Shown here: piece after piece, positions 50,012-59,827 of the stretch
Layout of the letters: every line of letters begins with the position of its first letter
Position numbering within the stretch: the stretch's first letter is position 1
DNA from: Desulfobulbaceae bacterium
GTDB taxonomy: Bacteria; Bacteroidota; Ignavibacteria; Kapaibacteriales; UBA2268
Direction: 5' to 3'
NCBI GenBank assembly: GCA_018335795.1
Contig: JAGXRP010000033.1
Location: 5,973-69,972 of the forward strand
DNA: 64,000 nucleotides
Notes under the pieces: model-generated
The model's database searches: none
Seen by the model: the letters and a program-made list of their open reading frames with translations, nothing else
Told to the model about the DNA's origin: nothing
Translations under genes and position numbers: made by a program

Positions 50012-53000
50012 ATGTTTGGTAAAATTCTATTATTATCGGTTATTCTGATTTTTCATACTGTATGTGCTAATGCTCAGGGTTCGATGAGCATAGTTACAAA
50101 GGATTTTTCGAAATACCCGACAATGAGTGCTTCTTTATTCGTTTTTGATGTAAACGGCAATCCGGTTTATAACCTAAACAAGAATAACTTCGTTGTTAGG
50201 GACAATGGCTTAAACGTTCCTACTACAAATTCATACGTATGCAGTTTCATTCCGGATACTACTTACTTGTCAGTCAATATTTTATTTGATTTAGCTCTTA
50301 ATCATAACGAGAAGCCTGACAATCCATTTGAGCTTGGAAAGCAGCTTGCAACTAAATTAGTTAATAAATTAAAATTTCCCGACGACGAATGTTCCATTTC
50401 TACTTATGACATCAGGAGCTACTTGAATCGTGAAATTGACACTTCTCGAAGTGCCTTACTGAACGAGATTAATCTTTTGCAGCCCGCACGTGGCTCGCTT
50501 TTCGATATTGCATTTCTGAGTGAACCCGCTAACGGCATCAAAATAATCAATCGAGGAACTAATAAAAAAGTAATATTTTTTATTACAGACGGTGCCGGAG
50601 CAATCAACGAAGCTGAAATCATCAATCTTTGCAAAGCTAACAATATTCAATTATATACACTTTGCTTAGGACGAAAAATTCCCGAAAAGCTTAAAAATCT
50701 CAGCGTTGAAACAGGTGGTTGGTATTTAGATAAAATAGAAGCCGATAAAATTGGTGTTTCGATTAATGTTATGTTGGCATTAGCACGAAATCATAAGCCC
50801 TGTGTCTTACAATGGGATAATTTCGTATCCTGCGATGATGAACATACAGCAGAGATTGTATTACCATCTCTCAATTTAAGAGACAGTTTCGACTTCAGTT
50901 TTCTAAACGCGCAAAAGGCTTCTATCGTTTCTGAACCACAATTTATCGGCTTCAGTTCTGTTGAAGTTGGAAGCAAGAAAAGGTTGAGTTTAACAATAAC
51001 TGCTCGAAACCGCGATATTTTGATTCAAGAATTACAAATTGATGCACCATTTTTCATAGTTGAAGGCAATGTTTCAAATCAATTATTAGCTCAGAATGAT
51101 TTCCTTAACGTTACTGTCGAATATGTTCCACAACACGAAGCAATTGTTTTTTCAGAATTAAAAGTGATTTCGGATGCTTGCGAAGTAGCACCAATTTATA
51201 TCACAGGTGGTTTTCCAAATACGAAACCACTCGAAAAAACCGTAAAAATTGTTCATCCTAATGGCGGAGAATATTTGATAATCGGAGATACCTCTTTTGT
51301 CGAATGGAGAGGTTTATTGCCAAAGGATGTAATCCAATTGCAATATTCTATAAATAATGGACGTAACTGGGATACCTTAGCTACAAATGTTACAGGACTT
51401 AAAAGGGATTGGGTAGTCCCAAATAAACCGAGTGATTCTTGTCTTGTCAAAATTTTGCAGCTTTGGCCCAATAATGTTGGATTCACACTTGATTTGAAAC
51501 ATAATGGCAGAGTTAATTCAGGTTTTTTCAATCGTGAAGGTGATTTGGTTATTACAGCAAGTAGTGATACGACAGCTATCGTTTGGGTAGCAAATACAGG
51601 AGCCAAAAAATTTATATTAAGAGGTCATACAAAACCATTGACTTGGGCATCTTTTGACCCAAATGATAAATATGTTGCTACTGCAAGTACCGACTCTATG
51701 ATTATGATTTGGAGTTTGGAAGATGGCACTCTAGTGGCAGTCTTAGAAGACCATGCGACAAGAGTCGAATCAGTAAACTGGTCAAGTTCTGGTAATTACT
51801 TAATTTCCTCAGATTATCTCGGGTATGTTATCGTTTGGAATACAAACTGGGAATTAGAGAAAAAAATACAGTCTAATAGCGGAGTTACATGGTTTGCAGA
51901 CTTCAACCCTTTAGACGAAAATCTTATTATTACTGCTAACCAGGGGGGTAAAGCCAAGGTTTTTAATTGGGTTGATTACAACCCGGGAGATTTACCTTTG
52001 TTTGTGTATGATACAAAGACTGAGTGTGCACATGTGACGTACAATACTGACGGTACCAAAGTGGCTGTTGCAACACGTTCGGGCGACCCTAAAGTTTTGT
52101 ACGTATGGGATGTCAACATAACAGACCCACCTTTATATTCAATTACTCATAACATTGACCCCGGAGATAATAATTCAATATATTTTTCAAGCTTTTTCAT
52201 GCATCCGGACTTGGGTAGGGAGGTATTGTTGACCACAAGTACAGACCAAACTGCTCGATTGTGGGACGCAAGCGACGGTAGCCCGGAACGTATAAATGAT
52301 TTTATTACAGACAATGTATTCAAAGAACATAAGAATTCGGTTACTACAGCCGTATTTGATAGATTTGGTTCCAGAGTATTGACTTCAAGTTGGGATTCGA
52401 CCGCAAAAATATGGAATCTTGACCAAAAGGAACTCCAACAAGACGTTTCCGATTCGGTATTCTCAATCGCCTTTGCCGAAGGAAAAGGCTTTGCACACGA
52501 ATTTGGCGAAGTTGTTGTAGATGAATTATTAGATTCAGTGTTTAATTATGTATTTGTGAATGAATCCAAATTTGCTTATAACATTCGTAATATTAGAATG
52601 GTAGGTAATCATGCTGCAGATTTTGAAATCAATTCCGATTTAGAATTTCCTATCCTGCTTCAAAGTGGAGATACTATAAGTTTGGAATTGAGATTTATAC
52701 CAAAAGGGCTTGGGTTGAGAAGTGGTAAACTTGAATTCAATATCCCGGGACGAATTATCGAAACAACTTTGACAGGTTTTGGAATCGAGAGAACTTTGAA
52801 GGCAAATAATCGCTTAGTTGATTTTAAACTCATTGATGTGGGTAGTATTAAGGATTCGACATTTATCGCTCTAGTAACTAATACAAGCAACTCGCCAGTT
52901 AATATTACTAACATAGGATTGGTAGGTTCGTATCGTTTTGATTTTGGAACATTGGGAAGTAAGGTTGTATCAGTCCCTGCGGGTTCTGATATGATGATGA

Positions 53001-53797
53001 CACTTCGTTTCTCGCCAAAATTGATTGGGCGAAAAAATGCTCAAGTATATTTCGAACACGATGGGCTTGGTTCACCTACAATCGTGAATTTGTTTGGTGA
53101 AGGGGTCTTTGCCCGTAATGATTCTTTAACAATTTATATTGGCGACCATATTGCCGCAGACGGTGATGTGATACAAGTTCAAATCAAAATTACTGGAATT
53201 GGTGAATACGGAATTGCTTCAACAATTGAAGGCTTCAGAACTAAGGTAAAATTCAATGCTACAATGCTTGAACCACTTGATGGATTTACAAAGTCTACTA
53301 TACTCAATGGTGAGAATTTTATAGATGTAGATTTGCCGACGACATTTGGTGTTGATTCTGTCCTGAAAACTTTGACTTTCAAAGTCGGATTAGGCAATGA
53401 CTCGGTGACTGCATTGACACCTGAATTTACTTACCCGATTGGGTTTGGTCGTGTCAATATTTTCGATAAAGCAGGTTCATTCACATTATCAGGTTATTGC
53501 ATTGATGGAGGTCCAAGATTATTCGACCCTAATGGAAGGATTTCACTTTCACAGAATGAACCAAATCCTGCTGTTGAAAAGACCAATATCACTATTGAAG
53601 TTTTAGAATCCGGCATCACAAAACTTTACATATCGGATATTTTTGGTCGAGTTGTTAAGAATATAGTCGAAAGCTCCTTAAGCCCGGGCGAACATCAATT
53701 TTCGATATATACCGGTGATTTAAGCTCAGGAGTTTATTTTTATATCTTAGAAACACCGACGACTACAATTATGAAAAAAATGGAAATTAAAAATTAA
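50012..53797 (+). CDS. Secreted VWA + WD40 + Ig (ASH-like) protein with T9SS C-terminal domain
   Basis: FITDG VWA motif; PNGGE; GH...WD repeats; QNEPNP...SSGVYFY CTD. Confidence 0.82.
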   Translation: MFGKILLLSVILIFHTVCANAQGSMSIVTKDFSKYPTMSASLFVFDVNGNPVYNLNKNNFVVRDNGLNVPTTNSYVCSFIPDTTYLSVNILFDLALNHNEKPDNPFELGKQLATKLVNKLKFPDDECSISTYDIRSYLNREIDTSRSALLNEINLLQPARGSLFDIAFLSEPANGIKIINRGTNKKVIFFITDGAGAINEAEIINLCKANNIQLYTLCLGRKIPEKLKNLSVETGGWYLDKIEADKIGVSINVMLALARNHKPCVLQWDNFVSCDDEHTAEIVLPSLNLRDSFDFSFLNAQKASIVSEPQFIGFSSVEVGSKKRLSLTITARNRDILIQELQIDAPFFIVEGNVSNQLLAQNDFLNVTVEYVPQHEAIVFSELKVISDACEVAPIYITGGFPNTKPLEKTVKIVHPNGGEYLIIGDTSFVEWRGLLPKDVIQLQYSINNGRNWDTLATNVTGLKRDWVVPNKPSDSCLVKILQLWPNNVGFTLDLKHNGRVNSGFFNREGDLVITASSDTTAIVWVANTGAKKFILRGHTKPLTWASFDPNDKYVATASTDSMIMIWSLEDGTLVAVLEDHATRVESVNWSSSGNYLISSDYLGYVIVWNTNWELEKKIQSNSGVTWFADFNPLDENLIITANQGGKAKVFNWVDYNPGDLPLFVYDTKTECAHVTYNTDGTKVAVATRSGDPKVLYVWDVNITDPPLYSITHNIDPGDNNSIYFSSFFMHPDLGREVLLTTSTDQTARLWDASDGSPERINDFITDNVFKEHKNSVTTAVFDRFGSRVLTSSWDSTAKIWNLDQKELQQDVSDSVFSIAFAEGKGFAHEFGEVVVDELLDSVFNYVFVNESKFAYNIRNIRMVGNHAADFEINSDLEFPILLQSGDTISLELRFIPKGLGLRSGKLEFNIPGRIIETTLTGFGIERTLKANNRLVDFKLIDVGSIKDSTFIALVTNTSNSPVNITNIGLVGSYRFDFGTLGSKVVSVPAGSDMMMTLRFSPKLIGRKNAQVYFEHDGLGSPTIVNLFGEGVFARNDSLTIYIGDHIAADGDVIQVQIKITGIGEYGIASTIEGFRTKVKFNATMLEPLDGFTKSTILNGENFIDVDLPTTFGVDSVLKTLTFKVGLGNDSVTALTPEFTYPIGFGRVNIFDKAGSFTLSGYCIDGGPRLFDPNGRISLSQNEPNPAVEKTNITIEVLESGITKLYISDIFGRVVKNIVESSLSPGEHQFSIYTGDLSSGVYFYILETPTTTIMKKMEIKN

Positions 53798-53808
53798 TCA
53801 AAAGCAAA

Positions 53809-55062
53809 ATGATACAAAACATTAGAGGCACAAAGGACATTTTGCCTGACCAAATCGGTCAATGGCATAGTTTAGAGCGCATTTTTAACGAAGTAACAAC
53901 TTTATACGGATACAAAGAGCTCAGGACACCAATATTTGAAAAAACGGAGGTTTTCTCACGTAGCATTGGCGATAATACTGACATCGTGAACAAGGAAATG
54001 TACACATTCATTGATAAGGGCGGCGAATCGGTCACATTGAGACCGGAAATGACTGCTGCATTGGTCAGGTCTGTCATCCAAAATTCACTTACCCAAGAAG
54101 TTTCAGCGCTTCGATTATGGTATTTCGGTCCTTTTTTCCGATATGAACGTCCGCAAAAGGGGAGACTCAGACAGTTTCACCAGTTCGGTGCGGAATGTAT
54201 TAGATCTCCATATCCGGAAAGTGATGTTGAAATAATTTTATTGGCAAATCAACTTATTCGCAAAGCTGGCATAAGTGACTATCAGCTTAATATTAATACT
54301 TTGGGCAATGATTCATCCAGAACTCTATACAAAGACGAACTGACAAAGTATTTGACCTCAAATAAGGAACAATTATCCGAAGATAGCAAATTCCGATTGG
54401 AAACAAACCCTTTAAGAGTGTTGGATTCAAAATCTGAAAATGACAAGCTCGTAATAGAATCCGCACCCTCAATACTTGACTTTTTAGACGACGAAAGTAG
54501 AAATCATTTCGATGTCGTGAAATCAATGTTAGATGATGCAAAAGTACCCTACAAAATTGACCCGAAATTAGTCAGAGGCTTGGATTACTATTGTCATACT
54601 GTATTCGAGTTCAAAAGTGGAGCATTAGGTGCTCAAGATGCCTTTGGTGGTGGTGGAAGATACGATGGATTGTTTTCGCAATTAGGTGGCAAGCTCACTC
54701 CCGCAGTTGGTTTTGCAATGGGTGTAGAACGTCTCTTGCTGATAATTGAGAATTCTGCCCCGGAGCAAGTGATTAAGCAATCCGATTGTGACGTTTTTAT
54801 AGTTTGTATGAATGAAAATCTACTCAAAGACGCTTTTAAAATTAGTGAGATGTTGCGTTCAAATGGCTATAGTACATTTTGTGATCTGCATCGTCGTTCG
54901 ATGAAAGCACAAATGCGAGAAACAAACAAATTGAACGCAAAACATTGTATAATTATTGGTGAGGACGAAATAAAACGTAATGCCGTAACAATCAAAAACA
55001 TGATTACAAGCAAACAAGTTGAAATTAAAATTGATTTGCTGCATACGATTTCGTTTAGTTAA
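53809..55062 (+). CDS. hisS: Histidine-tRNA ligase
   Basis: RGTKD, LRPEMTA, RYERPQKGRLRQFHQ, LVRGLDYY, GGGRYD. Confidence 0.97.
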   Translation: MIQNIRGTKDILPDQIGQWHSLERIFNEVTTLYGYKELRTPIFEKTEVFSRSIGDNTDIVNKEMYTFIDKGGESVTLRPEMTAALVRSVIQNSLTQEVSALRLWYFGPFFRYERPQKGRLRQFHQFGAECIRSPYPESDVEIILLANQLIRKAGISDYQLNINTLGNDSSRTLYKDELTKYLTSNKEQLSEDSKFRLETNPLRVLDSKSENDKLVIESAPSILDFLDDESRNHFDVVKSMLDDAKVPYKIDPKLVRGLDYYCHTVFEFKSGALGAQDAFGGGGRYDGLFSQLGGKLTPAVGFAMGVERLLLIIENSAPEQVIKQSDCDVFIVCMNENLLKDAFKISEMLRSNGYSTFCDLHRRSMKAQMRETNKLNAKHCIIIGEDEIKRNAVTIKNMITSKQVEIKIDLLHTISFS

Positions 55063-55064
55063 AA

Positions 55065-56333
55065 ATGAAACTTAAGAAGGAACTATCAAATACTGACTTT
55101 TTCAACCGCTATTTATCCAAATGGCAAGTAAAGTTGATTTTGGCTGTGGTTGCATTTTTGATTGTTCTTTCGGTTATTTTCTTTACTCAATCAATTGTCC
55201 AAGAATTAATTATACGCGACCAAAATGCAGTTCAGCTTTATGCCGAAAGAACTGAAAATTTCATGTCTTCTGAAGATGGTATCAACAATCTTGACTTGGT
55301 AAATAATTATCTCTTTTTTCTGGATAATATAGTTCCCAGAGTTATCAACTTTCCGATTATTTTGACTGATGAAAACGGCGAACCAACCGAACCATATGAG
55401 GATTGGACTTTGAACATTGATTTCGAACCTGGAATGACAATTGCCGAGCAACGTGCGAAAGTGAAATCTATGTTAATTGAGATGGAAAGCAATTATCCGC
55501 CGATTCTGGTCAAAGACAAAGATGATAATGTTATCAGCATGGTTTACTACACACATTCCTCTTTAGTTGACCAACTGCGGTATTTTCCGGCTGTTGCTTT
55601 GATAATAATCGGAGTTTTTGTTTTTATCGGATATTTTTCGTTTAATTCCGCCCGAAATCATGAGCAAACTAAGGTTTGGGTTGGAATGTCCAAAGAAGCT
55701 GCTCATCAGTTGGGGACCCCTTTGTCAAGCTTGTTAGCATGGATTGAAATCATAAAATATAACGATGACACAATTTCAGTTCAAGATGCAGTTGCCGAAA
55801 TGGAAAAAGATATCGAAAGACTCAACACTATTGCTACAAGGTTTTCTAAGATTGGTTCAACTCCTGAAAAAGAGAATGTAAATATATCAAGATTGATAGA
55901 AAATGTCTGTACATATTTTGATAAACGTTTACCTCATCTCGGCAAGAAAGTGGAAATTATCCGTAGTTTGGATGATAGCCTTTTTGCTGATATTAACGTT
56001 GAACTTTTCGCATGGGTTATAGAGAATTTATTGAAAAATGCTGCAGAATCCATAGAGGAAAAACAAGGTACGATTTTTATTTATATGAGAATTAATCCGA
56101 AAAAGAAGTTTTACATCTTTGTCAAAGATACCGGTAAGGGCATGACACCTAAGCTTAAAAGACAAATATTCAGACCGGGTTTCAGTACTAAAAAACGAGG
56201 TTGGGGATTAGGTTTGAGTTTGTGTAAACGTATAGTCGAGGAATACCACGATGGTAAAATCTATGTAAAAGAATCGGTTGTAGGCAAAGGTACAACTTTT
56301 GCTATTGAATTACCATTGAATCTCAAAAAGTAG
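55065..56333 (+). CDS. Membrane sensor histidine kinase (orphan in window)
   Basis: Two TMs; EAAHQLGTPLS H-box; ENLLKNA, DTGKG, GWGLGL. Confidence 0.92.
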   Translation: MKLKKELSNTDFFNRYLSKWQVKLILAVVAFLIVLSVIFFTQSIVQELIIRDQNAVQLYAERTENFMSSEDGINNLDLVNNYLFFLDNIVPRVINFPIILTDENGEPTEPYEDWTLNIDFEPGMTIAEQRAKVKSMLIEMESNYPPILVKDKDDNVISMVYYTHSSLVDQLRYFPAVALIIIGVFVFIGYFSFNSARNHEQTKVWVGMSKEAAHQLGTPLSSLLAWIEIIKYNDDTISVQDAVAEMEKDIERLNTIATRFSKIGSTPEKENVNISRLIENVCTYFDKRLPHLGKKVEIIRSLDDSLFADINVELFAWVIENLLKNAAESIEEKQGTIFIYMRINPKKKFYIFVKDTGKGMTPKLKRQIFRPGFSTKKRGWGLGLSLCKRIVEEYHDGKIYVKESVVGKGTTFAIELPLNLKK

Positions 56334-56826
56334 ATTCATCTCTCCATTGCAGTATTTTCCATATATCGGATGTCGAATTTCGTATTATTCTCAAATTGAC
56401 CCTTCCATTAATATTGACTGCATCAGTCGGGCTAAAGACGATTGAGAGGTTGAAGCCACGAGAAATATCTTTCGTCAATGAATCTCCTATTTCTACAACA
56501 ACATCATTCCAAGCCAAATCTATGTTTTGAGTTGAAAGAAATAAACGTGAGGTAGTCAGCATATCATCTTGCCGTCCCCATGATTCATCAACGCTTTTTT
56601 CATAATTACGGAATGTAAATCTAAAATCGTCCGCCAACAAATTGCCATAAACAAGAGTATCCTTGAAAATATATGCATAACGGAAGTTTTTGAAAACACC
56701 GTCAACTTGGGTTTGGTCACCAAGAATATTACTTTGGTTATCAACATTAGCTAATTTTGGGGCAAAAGGATTTGTACACCCAAGTACCATAACTGTTAGC
56801 AACGATATTATAATTTTTATTCTCAT
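56323..56826 (-). CDS. Hypothetical lipoprotein, NTF2-like
   Basis: LGC-TNPFAP; Y..LLADDFRF; W.I..W.D. Confidence 0.65.
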   Translation of the reverse strand: MRIKIIISLLTVMVLGCTNPFAPKLANVDNQSNILGDQTQVDGVFKNFRYAYIFKDTLVYGNLLADDFRFTFRNYEKSVDESWGRQDDMLTTSRLFLSTQNIDLAWNDVVVEIGDSLTKDISRGFNLSIVFSPTDAVNINGRVNLRIIRNSTSDIWKILQWRDESTF

Positions 56827-56827
56827 C

Positions 56828-57430
56828 TCAATTGCTGTAAATTGCCTTTAAAATGCTCCAAGTGTTTGCTTCGTTCTCAACTTCATTATTCTGATAATCA
56901 AACCATCTCGAAATATACCATAATCCGTTTGTTTTTGCAATCATGGTTAGTTGAATTCTACCTCTGAATTCCGTGATTTGGCTTACATCTTTTTCCGGCA
57001 AAGTTATAATGTAATCAGCTGAAAAAATTGACGAATCGGGAGTTTCCAATATCGGTTTTCTATTAGGAAAACTAATCTGAATTCTCTCGGAGCCAAATTG
57101 AGAAGATAATCGGTTAATCAACCTGCGTTCAGATTCGATATTCCAATCATCAAAAAGTGAGGGATATGAAGCTAAAGCCGATGAAGCAGGAAAAAATTTA
57201 TATTTAAAGGTTTGTTCGCCAATTTCATCAAAAAAGCATTTGTAATAATTATCAGCATTCAAGCTACGAAGAGAATTTTCAAAATTCAGTAGTAAAATAT
57301 CAGGTTCAGTGGGAGGGATGTAACCCGAATTTCCGGTGTCCGGTTCTTCAGGATTACGTGTAGAAAATAACTCGCATCCGGTAATCAAACCCAAATAAGC
57401 TAAAAGTAATATTTGAACTAAGAATCTCAA
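56828..57430 (-). CDS. Hypothetical lipoprotein, NTF2-like
   Basis: TGC-ELFSTRNPEEP; WYISRWFD. Confidence 0.65.
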   Translation of the reverse strand: MRFLVQILLLAYLGLITGCELFSTRNPEEPDTGNSGYIPPTEPDILLLNFENSLRSLNADNYYKCFFDEIGEQTFKYKFFPASSALASYPSLFDDWNIESERRLINRLSSQFGSERIQISFPNRKPILETPDSSIFSADYIITLPEKDVSQITEFRGRIQLTMIAKTNGLWYISRWFDYQNNEVENEANTWSILKAIYSN

Positions 57431-58020
57431 ATCGCAATCCTTCCTTCTAAAGCTCGTGCTATTGTTGCATCATCTGAAAATTCGAGCGAAGAACCCATTG
57501 GAACACCGCTTGCAATTCGCGATATTTTCACACCAAAAGGTCTTATCAATTTTGCAATATAATGTGTAGTTAATTCTCCCTCGACAGATGGATTCAGAGC
57601 AAATATCACTTCTTCTACTTCATTTAAACGCGAAATCAGCTCCATAATTTTAATATCATCTTGTGAAATTCCTTCCAAAGGGTTCATAACCCCATGAAGA
57701 ACATGATAAAGCCCATAAAAATCGTTTGTTTTTTCGATTGAAATCACATCATTTGGTTCTTCTACTACGCAAATGATTGTTCTGTCACGCTTAGTAGAGC
57801 TACAAATAGGGCAGGGGTCGCGTTCTGTATAATTAAAGCAAATAGAACAAAAGCGAACATTTTGTTTCAAATCAATTATAACTTTTGACATTTTTTCAGC
57901 GAAGCTGTCGTTTTGGCGTAGTAAGTAATATGTAAGTCGTTGAGCAGTTTTCTTGCCTATTGATGGAAAAGACGAAAAGATTTCGATTGCTTTTTCAATT
58001 GATTCAGATGTGTAATTCAT
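57427..58020 (-). CDS. recR: Recombination mediator RecR
   Basis: GKKTAQRL, C4 zinc finger, ICVVE, YHVLHG, NPSVEGE. Confidence 0.96.
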   Translation of the reverse strand: MNYTSESIEKAIEIFSSFPSIGKKTAQRLTYYLLRQNDSFAEKMSKVIIDLKQNVRFCSICFNYTERDPCPICSSTKRDRTIICVVEEPNDVISIEKTNDFYGLYHVLHGVMNPLEGISQDDIKIMELISRLNEVEEVIFALNPSVEGELTTHYIAKLIRPFGVKISRIASGVPMGSSLEFSDDATIARALEGRIAI

Positions 58021-58033
58021 ATTGGTCTTATTC

Positions 58034-58360
58034 TCAAAATCCCAAATTCATACCGGGGATGTTGGGCATCATTCCGCGTACTTTGTTCATCTCGTCTGCA
58101 GCTACTCTCGAAGCATTTTCTTGAGCTTTGTTGACTGCGGCAACAACCAAATCTTCTAACATTCCAATATCATCATTTTTGATTAGCTCAGGGGCTATTT
58201 TAATATTTAGAATCTTGCCCGATGCAGTGATTTCAACCACCACCATTCCGCCACCCGAATCAGACTTCATGGTAATATTTTCGAGTCCTTTTTTGATGCG
58301 TTCTACTTCTTCTTGCATTTTTTGTGCTTGTTGCATAATGCTTTGAATATCGAATTTCAT
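58034..58360 (-). CDS. ybaB: YbaB/EbfC nucleoid-associated protein
   Basis: MQQAQKMQ, SGGGMV, LEDLVVAAVN; upstream of recR. Confidence 0.93.
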   Translation of the reverse strand: MKFDIQSIMQQAQKMQEEVERIKKGLENITMKSDSGGGMVVVEITASGKILNIKIAPELIKNDDIGMLEDLVVAAVNKAQENASRVAADEMNKVRGMMPNIPGMNLGF

Positions 58361-58505
58361 ACGTTTCTCAATTTATTTACAAAATATAAAATATAAAACG
58401 TTCAATAATAGTCTTTTGTTTATTATTTGAATATTTTTTCATAAGTTTACAAAACTAACGAATTCAAAACACAATTACTGTTAAATTAATCAATAAGGTG
58501 AATTA

Positions 58506-59198
58506 ATGAGTTTATTCAGTAGAATCGCTGATGTTTTCAAAGCAAACGTCAACGACATGCTCGACAAGGTTGAAGACCCTGAGAAAATGCTAAAGCAAAT
58601 GGTCATCGAGATGGAGGAATCTGTCAACAAGACCACACTTGCTGTAGCGCAAGCTATTGCAAACGAAAAAAGTCTTGAGCGGAAAATCGAAAAAGCACGT
58701 AAAGACAAGGATGAATGGGAAAATAAAGCGATGCAGGCTTTAAATGCAAGTAGGGAAGACCTTGCGCGTGCTGCGTTGGAAAAAAAATCTATTTCGGAGC
58801 GAAATTTAAGTGATTTAGTACCTATTCATGTTCAGGCACGTGAAACTTCAAACAAATTGCGCCAGCAGTTAGATTCGCTCAAGGCTAAGCTTGATGAGGC
58901 AAAATCAAGACAAAGTACTTTGATTGCTCGCTCACAAGCAGCGAAAGCTCAAAAAGAAATTGCTAAAAATTTAAGTGGAATCGGAGGAGACGCCTTTGGG
59001 AAATTCGATAAATTTGAAGGTAAAATCGAAAAGCTCGAAGCAGAAGCATCTGCTTTTGAACAACTCGCAGGTGAAAACACAGCATTAGACGACGAATTTA
59101 AGAAACTTGGCTCATCTACAACTGTCGAATCTGACTTGTTGGCTTTGAAAGCAAAGATGGGGCTTTTAGAGTCCGGTTCACAAGAAGAAAACAAATAA
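58506..59198 (+). CDS. pspA: PspA/IM30 family protein
   Basis: MSLFSRI, EDPEKML.Q, EDLARAAL, L.ALKAK. Confidence 0.93.
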   Translation: MSLFSRIADVFKANVNDMLDKVEDPEKMLKQMVIEMEESVNKTTLAVAQAIANEKSLERKIEKARKDKDEWENKAMQALNASREDLARAALEKKSISERNLSDLVPIHVQARETSNKLRQQLDSLKAKLDEAKSRQSTLIARSQAAKAQKEIAKNLSGIGGDAFGKFDKFEGKIEKLEAEASAFEQLAGENTALDDEFKKLGSSTTVESDLLALKAKMGLLESGSQEENK

Positions 59199-59209
59199 GG
59201 AGTATAACA

Positions 59210-59695
59210 ATGAATGAAAACATTTATCATAAAGAAGGAGATGAAACGATGGTGGAGACTCCACAAGTATTAATTGATGCGACTATAACCAGAGTTGAAA
59301 ATTTTCTTAAATCGCAATTTCCTGATTACTTAAATTTTGAAAATGGTACTTTTACAGTTAATCGCGGTAATTCGCAAGTAATGATTGCAATCAGACCCTT
59401 TACTGATTCAGAATCGTGTATAGAGTTTGTATCCAATGTTGCATATGAATCAAAGCTTACAACTGAATTGATGCAGTTTTTACTTCGTAAAAACGCCGAA
59501 TTACATTTTGGTGCATTTGGAGTATTATTCGATGATACGATTATATTCCAATACACAATTGCAGGTTCAAATGTTGATTCAAATGAATTGCTTACTTCTA
59601 TTAATGCAGTTGCTATAATTTCTGACCATTATGCAAATGAAATTGTAACACTTGGCGACGGAAAATTAATCAACGAATTTCAAGAACAAGGTTAA
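59210..59695 (+). CDS. YbjN/CesT-like (T3SS chaperone fold) protein
   Basis: LLRKNAELHFGAF pattern; downstream of pspA. Confidence 0.65.
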   Translation: MNENIYHKEGDETMVETPQVLIDATITRVENFLKSQFPDYLNFENGTFTVNRGNSQVMIAIRPFTDSESCIEFVSNVAYESKLTTELMQFLLRKNAELHFGAFGVLFDDTIIFQYTIAGSNVDSNELLTSINAVAIISDHYANEIVTLGDGKLINEFQEQG

Positions 59696-59731
59696 ATTAA
59701 CTACAGCTTTTTAAAAAGTATGAGCAAAATG

Positions 59732-59768
59732 AAAGAAGTCATTTCACAAAGGAATGGCTTCTTTTTTT
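59732..59768 (+). terminator. Intrinsic terminator
   Basis: aaagaagtcattt...gaatggcttcttt hairpin followed by T run. Confidence 0.7.
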
Positions 59769-59827
59769 ATATCAATGGGTTGAATGTGCTTATTTAATAT
59801 ATTGTCTTAAGAATATGATATGGAACA

